Source: Isurus oxyrinchus (lineage: Eukaryota). From it: a DNA stretch of 64,000 nt. A program made the position numbers and the translations under genes. The DNA is taken from contig JANJGN010000022.1 of assembly GCA_026770705.1 (NCBI GenBank), positions 19,468,001 to 19,532,000 of the forward strand, given 5' to 3'. The notes beneath the pieces are model-generated. The model was not told the DNA's origin, made no database searches, and saw nothing but the letters and a program-made list of their open reading frames with translations. Below are positions 14,221 to 26,045 of this stretch, one piece after another. The stretch's first letter is position 1. Every line of letters starts with the position of its first letter.

Positions 14221-15139
14221 GTGTCAATTAATTACCCTTGTACATTACCTTAGTGCCTGTCTTCTGTGTAATTTGGTCTGTCCTACTGCTCGTCTGCAAT
14301 ACCACCCAGGAACTGCACCATAGCTGATGGAAAGCTGCTGACTTTTAAAGTTGGATTTTCCCAGCCCTGTGGAGATGGATTTGGAGGAGGGTGGGCCAAG
14401 AAAATAAGGGGAAGCTGCTTCGGGATGCATTGCCAAGGGGGAGAATACAAATGCCCTTGCAGGATGACCTCGAGCAGCGCTGGGCCTAACTGTGGATTGC
14501 ACTATTTCAGCATGGGTGGCAGCAGTCTGGGTTGGCTGACGGGACAGACAACAGCAAAGACATTCGTGGAGTGGTTAGGTTCAGAGGGAGAATGCTGTCT
14601 TCCTGAGGTTCATACCCCTTGGAGACACTACCACTTCTCCTGGGGTGATAATATGTTGGAGGACAGACTCCTGGACTGTTGAGACACTGCAAGCCCCTTT
14701 GCACACTGTACTCCATGGCCATTGTGACTTGCATGGCAGCAAGCTGATTTTGTGTGATAGAAATCTGAGCTGCCCCTGCCGTACTCAGGTGATGGGTGTT
14801 GCAATGGAAGCTGCAACATCGGCCATCAAACGCTACAAAATGGTTGGAGACATGAGAGTACAAATAGAGTTAGCTCCACTTCAATTCCAGAAAGGATGGG
14901 CTCCAACCTCTGCGCAAAGCCCTATGTAAGTTAGTGTTGGACTCCTTCATGTTCCCTGACATTGACTGCAATCTCTCTTACAGGCTTCCCGATGGACCAA
15001 GCACACCATGTGCATACCAATTTGTTGTTCTGTAGGCTGTCCCATCAATGTCTTCATCTGTTGTCCTCTACAGCACAACCTATTATCTGACCTCATGCTC
15101 CAGCCAGTTGGTACCTGTTTCTTTTCATGGAGTTCAATC

Positions 15140-16173
15140 TCTAAGGAATTTTATTCTCATCTATCTAATTGTAGCCAGAGAATCACCATCAATAGCTTCC
15201 ATTCCCACAGTTATCCCTGGTGTTCCCTGCAAAGATCTATCCTTTGCCCCCTCCTATTTCTCATTTATCTGCTGCTTCTCGTGACATTATCCAAAAACAA
15301 AATGTCAGTTTCCACATGTATGCTGACAACACCCAACTTTACCTCACCACCACCTAAATCCCTCCACTGCGTCTACATTGCCAGGCTGCTTGTCTGACAC
15401 CCAGTACTGGAGGAACAGAAATCTCCTCCAGTTAAACATTGGGAAGACTAAAGCCATTGTATTCAGTCCCTGTCACAAACTCTGCTCCCTAGCCATGGAC
15501 TAAAGATGAACTTTCAGCCACATATCCATACTATCACTAAAACTACCAATTTATATCTCCGTATCAGACTTCATTCCTGCCTCAGCTCTTCTTCTGTTGA
15601 AACCTTCATCCATGCCACTGTTACCACCAGAGAATTCTAATGCACTCCTGGCTGCAAGTTCTAACCTCCATAAACTTGAGATTTTCTGCTGTCCATGTCC
15701 TAACTTGCACCAAGTTCCATTCACCCATCAACCCTATGCTCATTGACCTATACTGACTTCCAGTTAAACAACACCTCAATATTAAAGTTCTCATCCTTGT
15801 TTTCAAAATCCTCCATGGTCTGGCCCATTCCCATCTCCGTAGCCTCCTCCAACCCTACAACTTTCCAAGATATCTGCACTCCTCTAATTCCAGCCTCTTG
15901 AACATCCTTGATTTTATCGAACCTCCATTGGTTGCTGGACTTTCAACTGCCTCGGCCCTAAGGTCTGGAATTTCCTCCCTAAATCTACCACATTTTCCTC
16001 CTTTAAGGCACTCCTTAAAACCTACCTTTTCAATCAAGCTTTTGGTCATCTGCCCTAATATATCTCCTTTCGTGCCTCAGTGTCATGTTTTGCTTTATAA
16101 TGTCTCGGTGAAGTGCCTTGGGATATTTTGTTATGTTAAAAGTGCTATATAAATAGAAGTTGTTGTTGTTGTT
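15140..16173 (+). mobile_element. L2-type LINE, 3' part with (TGT)n tail
   Basis: QRSILCPLLFLIY (cf. QGSILGPLLFLIY), HMYADNTQLYL (cf. YADDTQLY), and an L2-like 3' end 'gtgctatataaatagaagttgttgttgttg'. Confidence 0.85.
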
Positions 16174-17289
16174 TAGCTCAGGCCCCTGCGTTGTTAGTAA
16201 CACAAGCACCACACTGTGCTACCCTGTTTTAAAGACTGGAAAACCGAAATCTGGGTCCTTAGACTCCTTAGCCAAGAATGGCTGTTACCTCTCATTTCCA
16301 TGATACCCTAATGCTGAAAAAGGAAGAGTATAAGAGGTAAGGACACGAATAAAAGCTCTCTGCCAGATGGAAGATATTTATTCGCAAGAGTGTCTTGATT
16401 TAGCTTGTGATATTGATTGTGAAAATTAGACTTTGTATACGTTTTTACTTGCAGATAACATTACAATCAATCCTCTAAGGAAGATTTCCAGACAATTAAC
16501 TGGTACATAGAGGGAAAATACTATATATAATAAATAATACTTTATTTCAATTCTTATCATTTCTGTTCGAAAGGATGATTGAGAATGTGCAATATACTCC
16601 TGCCCAAACATGAGGTGCAATGCAATGGTATTTCATGGGCCTACAACCCAATTACCTATGAACTGAGTTTGTAAACTGTCATTCTATCAAAGGAAGGTCA
16701 ATTAAGAAGGTGAAGTCAAAGACATGCATGTAATAGATAAACATTTCCTAAACAGATATAGATCTGGTCACAGTATTGACTGTAATGATTTAAATGAAAT
16801 ATGTTTGGGAAAATTCAACTTAGCTCATCCCAGCATGTGATTATTGCACAAAAATGTCTATAGTCCTTACATTAGGTATCACTAAGTTACCACACTGACA
16901 AAAAGCTGGAAGAATGCTGATCATTCCCCCCCCCCCCCCACCCCTAATTAAAGACCTTTATCAAATTACTGGGACTTCTCAGAATACAATTTCAATTCCT
17001 TAATAACATGAGGTTTCGGAAGCCACAAGGATGGTTTGTGTGGAAAATTGGTGCAGTTAAGAGGTGCTGTCTTCTGAGGTTATCATAGGGGCAATGCTTT
17101 GGTTGAGAGAAAGCTTAATGCTCTCATAGAACTTGAATCTGCAACCTTCTGACTCTGGTGAGAGGAATATCACTGAGACACGCTGGTGCAAGGGAAAAAA
17201 CTGAAAATTATTTTATTAACTTGTCATAACTGCATTATTGTAACTAGTCCAAACAAATCCAGAGAAGGAAAATATTTTTCTATATTTGG

Positions 17290-17655
17290 AACAAAATCAG
17301 AACTGGGAAAAGTTAGAGGTATAATCGATTTTAAATAAGTGAGTTTTAAATCAAGGGCAAGAGTGGAAAAGTACCAAAGGGAAGATCTGTGATAAGATGG
17401 AAGGCAGGAGAGATTGTGTGACAAAAAGGTTCAAGGTACACGGCTAAAGGGCAGGTAATGGGACAAATAAAGAAACAAAAAATGTATCTAGAAGAAGTGT
17501 GAATGGCAGAATCATGAGCATCTTCTGTCTGAAAGCAAAAGGAAAGAAAAACAAGAGAGAATAAAAACAAAACCAGCAAAGAAAAAGAAAACAAAATGGG
17601 GGCTGAGGTTACAGTCTAAAATGATTGAACTCAATGTTAAGTCCGGAAGGTGTTT
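17290..17655 (-). mobile_element. Penelope-like element fragment (GIY-YIG C-terminus and 3' region)
   Basis: The minus strand of about 17627-17650 reads PSGLNIEF, the GLN motif that closes PLE GIY-YIG endonucleases, followed by a pyrimidine-rich tract on the minus strand. Confidence 0.6.
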
Positions 17656-17759
17656 AATTTTTGATTTGTTTGACCTGATTATTTGATTTAAGCACTGAAT
17701 TACAATCATATGTTACTCACCTTGCTACGTAGAATCCAATTTACGCTCAATACCCCCAG

Positions 17760-18000
17760 AATCCAACTCCAATAACCCACATCACAGCCATCAAAACTGC
17801 ATCTTTCCAATTCTTCAGAATCATCAATCTCTCCCCTTTCATCTCATATCCACTGCCTCAAAACTTACAACCATGCCTTTGCCATTTATAAACTAAATTC
17901 TCTGACTCCTTTCTTGCCATCCTCCCAACTTTCACCCTGCATTAACAGCAGTAGGTCCAAAACTCTGCCTCCAGCATCTTGCCTTTAAGTAGGTCCTGCA
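17760..18000 (+). mobile_element. L2-type LINE fragment, very decayed
   Basis: Resembles 15500-15720 (aaaactgc...catgcctttg...ccaaaactctgc). Confidence 0.45.
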
Positions 18001-18595
18001 GTCCTGCACCCCACCAAATTAAATATCAGCACTATGAATACACGGGTAACAAGTGACCATCTGAAACTATCGAACATGTTCAAATCACACATTTTCAAAT
18101 TAAAATGTTGCAATTCTGGAATTCCATCTATTGCCTCTAACCTACAGAGATTTTCCTTGCATATTAAACATATCGCACAGTGGCTAATTACTTAATTTTG
18201 CCAGGGGTTACTGATGCCTTTTTTTGCATGGATGCAAAGTCTCATACAATGTTGATCAATTGTAATGATCACTCTATCTATCCACTTTCCAATTCTGATA
18301 TTGTCATTAGCTAGTTAATTTCAACTAATGGCTATAGTGCATTAGACGTACAATCATTTGCAAACATCACCACCTTCTAGCAGATGTTTCTTACATGACA
18401 ACAAAGTGTTTTATGTTTTAATATAAATGCAGTTATGGAATGAATGTAGGAATAGCCTTAAGCATTATGCAGTCTATTGACCTCATGATCCATGCTCTGA
18501 ATTCCTTACCAAACCAGCTATGTTAGTCAATTTAAATGTAGTGAAAACACAATGTAATTCAAATATAGATGTGTAGCCATTATATAAACCCACCC

Positions 18596-19704
18596 TGTTA
18601 TGACCAGGTGAGGAGGGATCCAATGGCTCCCTCTCTTTGCCCTCTCCTTACATGACTGTAACAAGCTTTTCTGTTTGAAAAGGGTATACTTGCCAATTCA
18701 GTGAGTACTTAATTGTTTGCACGCTATGATCATAAAAGAACCAATAGGACAGGTTTCCTTTAGTTTAACAAAGAAAGAGGTTAGCTTATTATACTTAAAC
18801 CAATCCAAATAAAATAATAAAACATGCACCAACTTTCATACACACACACACTTTTGAAGTCCACAGACACAAATACGGGTTACAGAGTGGGGAAGGATAA
18901 GCTGGTCAAAATAGAGTCCATAAAAGTTAGAAGGAATTCACAGTCTGTAGTTTGGTGACTCAGCTGGCTTCAAGCTGAATCCAGTGGTCTTGCTGCTTTC
19001 ACTCATTGGTCTTCTGCTTTCAACATCAGGGTGGTTTAAAACTGCAGATGGATCATCTATCTGTTATTCTGATGACACAGCTGTGGAGTTGAATTCTTTC
19101 TTTAAAATCTCTGTCTGTTGCACCTGAAGAAAGAGTCAAACCATAGCAGACAGGGTCCAAAAGCTTATAAGTTGGGTGGAGAAAGAGATGGAGAGGAAAA
19201 GGAAGGGTCTCTCTCAGCTTCTCAGCTGCTTGTCCTCCATTCTGCAGAGAAAACATGCTTAAAACATGCAAAGGATTGGCTTATCGTGTGACTGCCTCTC
19301 CAACTAACCAGTAATTCAAACATGATTGTGTATTCCAATTGTAACTTGATTAGGTCAGTCCTGGGAATTTGCCCTTTTATCCAGAGTCTGCTTGTTCAAG
19401 TGATTAGTTTTGATGGTTTGTCCATACCTAGTTGAGTTTCTGGATGTTGTGCTAATGGAATAAGAAATGCGATTCATTCACATTCCTCTGAGGTCATTGT
19501 CTTTGATGGATTTTTGCAGGCATGTCATCTCCATCTCAATGGTGTTGGAATATGGAATGTGGAGTAATGCAAATTGGGTAGTTGTCTTGATGTGAGTTCA
19601 AGTCACTTTGGCCTGTGTTCTTAAAAAAAATTTTAAAGTTCAATTCATGTTTCCAACTGGTAGATTAAAAATCACCATTTGGCAAAAAGCACATCTTCAT
19701 GACT
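18596..19704. mobile_element. Probable solo LTR (about 1.1 kb)
   Basis: Begins TGTTATGA and ends near TCATGAC (short terminal inverted repeat), has no coding capacity, and has a 5' end shared with the 7122 element. Confidence 0.4.
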
Positions 19705-20744
19705 AAAACTGTTTTGTATTTTTGATGGATTGTTAATGCTTTAATCGATTCTCAAGGATTGATATTATTCTGGTACAGGGTCCTTAAATTAGAGAATAGG
19801 TTAAAGGATTTGACAATAAATTGAGGGATGTGTTCTTTTTCTCAGTTTAAACTTGGTAGTATACCAATTTTGAAAATGTTTGAATGTTATGTGCTTTTGC
19901 TTGACTATAAGACATGCAAGTTAGCAGGTGTAATCTAGTGTAGTACTATGTATAATACTGGAAAGTTAAATGATGAGTTACAAGGTCATGTAGTTCTGAA
20001 AACATCAGCAAACTTTAGCAGAAATTTGGGATTGAACATCAACATCACAACCTGCTATTTGTTAGTAAGCACGATTATATAAAACAACTTTCAACATGAA
20101 TTATATTTAATATCACATGATACATTCAGTTATGCAAAGATCCAGCTGATGGAACCTGAAGGCCACGAAGATTATGTATGGACATTAAACGCTTACAAAG
20201 CTTCTCTTATCCTACTTCCACCCACACCAGATTACCAGTAATTAAATGAATAAAGGCATTTTAAAACTTTAACAGTCACAGTGCTCCAATGATATTGGGA
20301 AGTGTTACACTATCAGAGACCAAATGTTTTGCTATTGGCTATTAATAACCTTTACTTATACAACTTCAAATTTATTTGAAGGTGTAAGTAATCTCATGTG
20401 ATTTTTTTGGGCAGTTGTGCTACTTGAGTTTATCATGCAAATTCTCCTGTTAGAAAATACACTTTTTAAAAATGATGTTGAATTTAGTTTCAACAATACT
20501 TGTTACAATATAAGAGAATAGTTTGATAATGAAAGAAAGTAAGAGAGACAGATTTGTGTGTTTATGTATCAATTTTATTTGTTGCAGTATGATGACCAGT
20601 GTTTTAATTACTAAATAAAAGATTCTTCTTAAACTGACAAGGTGAAGGCTTAAAATAGAATAGGGCAAAAAGACTATAACAAATAGGAAAGAAAACAAGA
20701 TATGTCAAGAATAGTTTTTTGTCCCCAGCAGTTCACCAAGTTTG

Positions 20745-21050
20745 TTAGGTGTGTAGTTCAGTGATATGGCCTGGGAAAGCCCAGGTTTGATCACCAGTTT
20801 GCACTGATTTTATAATGTCTGCCAGGCTGGCATTACAATTGATGTATGTAAGTAAGAGTTTTTTTTCACACTCCAGGGTTTGGGAATGAGAAATTAGGCA
20901 GGATTTCTGTTCTAGGTTGCTATTTGGGAATTCCTGTCCAAGTTGTGTGTTTTTGGATGTTGAGTGATGAAGAGATCAGGCTTGCTGTAAGTTGCCCCAC
21001 ATTCAGAAGGAGTTACACATGAATCATCGTCATTGGATGAGGTTCTGGAG
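20745..21050 (+). mobile_element. Decayed tRNA-derived SINE-like repeat
   Basis: B-box-like 'ggtttgatc' in a tRNA-like head. The body is recognised only loosely. Confidence 0.3.
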
Positions 21051-21310
21051 GGTGGCTAGTCTGAGATCTGAGGGGTGACCTTTCCCCTCCATTGTTCCTG
21101 GGTCTTTCTATGCCTTACTGCCAACACCCGCCTCATTCTTCACCCAGTTCTCAATGTCCCCTCCATCATCTCTCTCCCCTTAACTAACTGGGCAATACTG
21201 CAAGAGATCAATTAGTATTATATGGGCATATGCTTTCTTTAATTTGCTGTGAAAATGAACTTCATGATCTGGTGAGATCTATGTAGTAAAATTGATATTT
21301 CTTAGAATAC

Positions 21311-21505
21311 CTGAAATAAGGACAGAAAAATTTTGAAATACTCAATAGACCTGGCAGCATTTGCTGAGTTAATGTTCCAGGTCAGGTCTGATGAAGGGGC
21401 ATTGACCTGAAACTTTACCTTTGTTTCTCTCTCCACAGATGCCGCCAGCCCTGCTGAGTATTGGCAGCATTTTCAATTTTATATCAAATTTCCAGGATCT
21501 GCTGT
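21311..21505. mobile_element. Penelope-derived palindromic element with hammerhead-ribozyme core
   Basis: Inverted arms of the 'tctccacagatgc..cctgctgagt' family, with CTGATGA at 21388-21394 and GAAA at 21409-21412. Confidence 0.7.
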
Positions 21506-22849
21506 ACGTTTCTTTTGTTTTCTTTGGATATTATTTTGCTCCTCGTTACATTCATTTCTCTTTGGTATTTATCATTTTTTTTTACTTTTTTAGCATATAC
21601 CAAATGGAAACGGCAGTTTCCACTGCACGTTCACCTTTTATCAGTATAATCACCTGTTTGTTGTGTGACAATAGAAATAGCTGAACCTCTAATGTGATGC
21701 CACTTTCTTATTACTTTCCCCTGTTAGCAACTGATGCTATATGAGTAGGCTTCTCACTACTGCTATCACCCGAGAGTGAGAAAAAAACAAGATATAAAAT
21801 GGAAGTATTCTGATACAAAAACTCTTTATATCAGATTACATATGTGAAAATATAAACAATGTCAGAGCGAGTGGAGCAACCAACACACCACGAGGATTCA
21901 ACACAAACTCCCCGTACACTAATTGTGCCATGCGACTCTGACACAAGGCACGTAGACATGAAACTAGCCCCCCCACTTTAAAAATAATTTCACCTGGAGC
22001 TCAATATGAAATGCTATTTAAACAGCTTGTTGGCTGGCTGATCACTTGACTTAACTGAATCTTGTACTGTGCGATCAGTCTAATTCAAGGTCCAATTTTC
22101 TTATCGCATGTTATTCACACCTTGCAAAAGTTAAAAAAAAGTTTGTTGAAGAATGAACTCTGTGTGGATTTAGTAAAAGACTTAGCGCGCTACATATAAA
22201 GTGCAAATAATTACCAAAGTACCAATCTCACCTCCATGGCCGACCAACCAAATTTACACCGGATAGGAATTATATCCTGGAGGTATGTTTTTATTCCTAC
22301 AGTCTACGCGTTTAATTTTTGGACCCATTTTTCTCACTTTTAATTTAATTTGGAGGGTATACAAATGCTCATATTGACGAGCAAGGCTAATAGAGCAGAT
22401 ATATCTCATGATTTTCAGGCTGTAATGTTTGGTCCCAACTTGTACCATTTACCCCTGAAGTGATCCTTCGCTCTACCGCACTCGAATGTTGCAATATACA
22501 TGAAGAGAACTGGTTCACATGCAAGAAGTTTATGTTTCCTTATAGGTAAAAAAAAATAGTTTCTGTAAATGTTTAAAATACATCATATATTAAAGTATGT
22601 TAAATTGTTGGTGCCCCTGTTGATTAATGGCATCAAGTCTGGAGAATAATCCGGACCCATTCTGCTTCTGCTGCAGGGTCGAGCCTGCTGTCTACATGGA
22701 AAAGGAGTTTGTAAACAAATGGAAGGACGTCAATCGCTGGAGGCGATTAATACTAAAGTACGTCAGCCTCTCGTGATGAAATTGTTGCCTTCTTGGGCCC
22801 TTCAAACTGGAGACAATTTTCCGTAAAGTCAATAACTTGTACCGTTTCG

Positions 22850-23230
22850 TCAGCAACGTCAAAGCACAAAGACCCACAAATTAAACACCCACTCACACCC
22901 ACACTAACACAAAGCCACCACCCGTTCCAAACAACCACTGTGTATCAGTGGGCGGGGAATACAGCGGCTGGTGTGACACTGTGCTGTGTGGGGGTTGGCG
23001 GGGGGGGAGCACTTCAACGTGAGGACGGGCGGAGTCGTACTTTACTTTCCACCTCGCGCGAACAGCAGCAGTTCCGGAAACCGTCCCAGGTGCTCCCGGC
23101 CGTTGCCCTGGAGCCAGGTCTGAGATCTGACGCAAGTGGAAAGTATCTCCAGAGCTTAAAGACGAATAACGTGCGTCAAAGGCTGGCCTCAGGCGAGCAA
23201 CGCAGGCCACATAAAGCATAAGCCATTATT
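22850..23230. promoter_or_regulatory. Orphan CpG-rich promoter- or enhancer-like segment
   Basis: High CpG density, two GGGCGG boxes, ETS-like TTCCGGAA and TGACG half-sites. No linked CDS was recognised. Confidence 0.4.
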
Positions 23231-25024
23231 ATAGATGGGTGCGCCGTCTGATACTGAGTCAGAACTTGCTGGTGAATTTGAACAAGTCATTTTGAGATGA
23301 ATGCTGCAAATAAGATAATGGCAACAATAGCATGTAATTATAAAATAAAAAGGGCACGTGGGTGTTAGCATGAGAGAAACATTGTTTAGGACAATAAACG
23401 TGAATAATTCCGAGAAAGAGATATTTGAAACAACGTGTTTTAAGAGAGATTTAAGAAGGGAGGGAGCGAAGAAACTGGCAACAGTGACAAAGCAATTGAA
23501 ATTGACCGTGTGTTATCTTCTTGTGCTTTGATTTCACTAACGCTGGGAACACAAGGGGTTTCAGCTCAGTGATATGGTGCGTGCTCCACAGCAAACCTGC
23601 AGCCAAACTTGCCCATCATAGCGACCGCACGAATTGGGCAAGGTCTCGCTTTGCCTGTGTAAAATGCGGTGGGTGTGCAAATTCGGAACTGGTGCTTCAG
23701 AGAGCCCCATGCTAAGCCGGTAACTCTGTAGCCGGAGATCAGAGAGATTGGCATCTGTCCGCCGGCTCTCTGTTACTATAAATACACCATATTACAGCGA
23801 CTGCGTCAATGGATGCCGGGGCTGATCGGCCAATAACAAATTTCCACGGTCCCCAAGTATAAAAAAACAACTACATCTGGATAGAGAGAGTGTGTGTGTG
23901 TGTATGTGTATGCGGGGAGGGGGCGGGTGCATTTACGAGTTTAAAGCGAAAATGTCATCCCTCTAGCTCTCAGTAAATATTTTAATCATAACGAGATGTA
24001 ATGATACAGCAGCTTTATCTCCGCAGGCGCCTGGCAATCCAGCGACGTGAGTTGCTGAAAGTCTTCTCCCAGAACTATGCTGTTGCTTCTTTGCTTTCTC
24101 TTCATTGAAGCCTCGCCCCTTCCCATTTTCCAACAAACTGATCAGTAGACTCAGTCATTAAAAACCAGCCCGCGCCCTCTGCTATCACCGAAGCTCCCTT
24201 GAAGGCAGAGGCTTCGTTAAAGCAGCTCACTCCCATGTTACAGCATTTCAATAATTTGGGGTTACGCGCTGGAGGCATAATCTCTCACTGGAGCAAAGAA
24301 TCCCGTATTCACCTTCACAATGGAATCATTATTCTAGGATTGACCTTTAATAAGGGACCAGAAATCAGACCTAAAATCGGCCCATTTATTTGAAGAATTT
24401 AAATTTGCATTAGTACCGGTTCTCCTCGGATGGCACAGCAGCTTCCAATCTAACGCCTTGTGAGCTGAGGTCTAACTGCACAGCTGCAATAATGTGGCTG
24501 CTCATGTGTGCAGATAGCGCACTTGAAGTCTATTCTCGGCGTGTTTCAATAAGACTGATCTCCACAGGGACTTCCAGGGGTTACGATATGAAGTGTCACA
24601 AAACCACTGACTTCAGGCTGCTTAAGTGTAAAGGTACGAAGATGTGGCAAAGAAAGGCTTGAGTTGCAAATCAAACATTTGATGTGTCCGTGCGGGTAAA
24701 TGCACGGGGCTTTGGGCGGAATAAGTGGGTGGACAGGATTTTATTTGCTCCATTGACACAATGCGGGGCAGCGCCAGACGCTCCCTCCTCGGACCTGGAA
24801 TTCGGAGACAGCGCCCAGAACTCCTTCCTACCGCACTTTTCCTCTTGAATCTATTTTGCCTCTAAAAGACAGGAAACGGTGTTCAGTTTGGAAATCCATA
24901 TGTACCTGTAATCGTTCCCAATGCCGGCAAGGTTAAGTTATGGGTCTATAATTCTAAGTCTATTGACATGATTAAAACACGAAGAAATATGACGACTTAT
25001 CGACCAATGTAGGAACTACCCCAA

Positions 25025-25076
25025 TTTATTAAAGCTACTCATTATACAAGTTTATTAAAGCTACTCATTATACAAG
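25025..25076. repeat. Perfect 26-bp tandem duplication
   Basis: tttattaaagctactcattatacaag occurs twice in tandem. Confidence 0.95.
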
Positions 25077-25724
25077 TTTCACCATCAGAGTGTAGAATGA
25101 CCCTATTCCCAGAGGGACACTTACAACTACAATAAAGCTTGGGGATCTGGGTTAGCTACTTTGGTTTAAGCGTTGTTTTCGAACAATAGTATTTCATATA
25201 GCTTAATGAAAGATACCACCACATCAACGGGGAAAAAAGAAACTTAAATGAATATGTGATATGGGGGGCACCAGTTGCTGTGCAGATGGTGTCGGGGAGG
25301 TCCCGAGAACTGCCGGCCTTTCCGGTGTAACAAATACAGGGCAGGAACATCATAACCGAAAGCGCACATGGACTGCAGTCAGTGGCAGGGCTGCCGCAGA
25401 GTGCACTGGTGAGACACCATCGCACTCTTAAGACCAGCAGGGACTTGCAGTTTTGCAAACGATCCTGTGTCAGCATTTCCATACTTAGAGCAGAAACATT
25501 GAGGTTTTTGCAAAATGCAAATGAGCAATGAGTCCTGCTCGGTCAACAGGGCCAGCTGAGAAGCATGAAAATATTTATCAGTGCCAAAAAATTGTCTCAG
25601 TGTTGGCCTGACATTAAATCAAAATGGCGGATATTGGAAGGTTAATGTTAATCAAAACACTCTCGTGCCAACATTAGAGGTAACTAGCTTAGGTTAAGAC
25701 TTTACATAAATTAAACTTGCTTTT

Positions 25725-26045
25725 TTTTTAAATTCACTCAGGGGATGTGGGCGTCACCGGCTGGACCAGCATTTATTGCCCATCCCTAGTTGCCCTTGAG
25801 AAGGTGGTGGTGAGCTGCCTTCTTGAACCGCTGCAGTCCCTGTGGCGTAGGTACACCCACAGTGCTGTTGACCCAACCATTATGAAGGGACAGCGATGCA
25901 TTTCCAAGTCAGATAAAAGCAAGGATGGCGTGTGGCTTGGAGACAACTTGCAGGTGGCAGTGTTCCCATGCGCCAGCTGCCCTTGACCTTCTCAATGGGA
26001 GAGGTCACAGGTTTGGGAGGTGCTGTGGAGGAAACCTTGGCAAGA
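25725..26045 (-). mobile_element. 3' end of a CR1-clade LINE
   Basis: 'gggatgtgggcgtc...ccagcatttattgcccatccctagttgcccttgagaaggtggtggtgagc'. Homologous to 48170 and overlapping the family at 62750. Confidence 0.7.
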
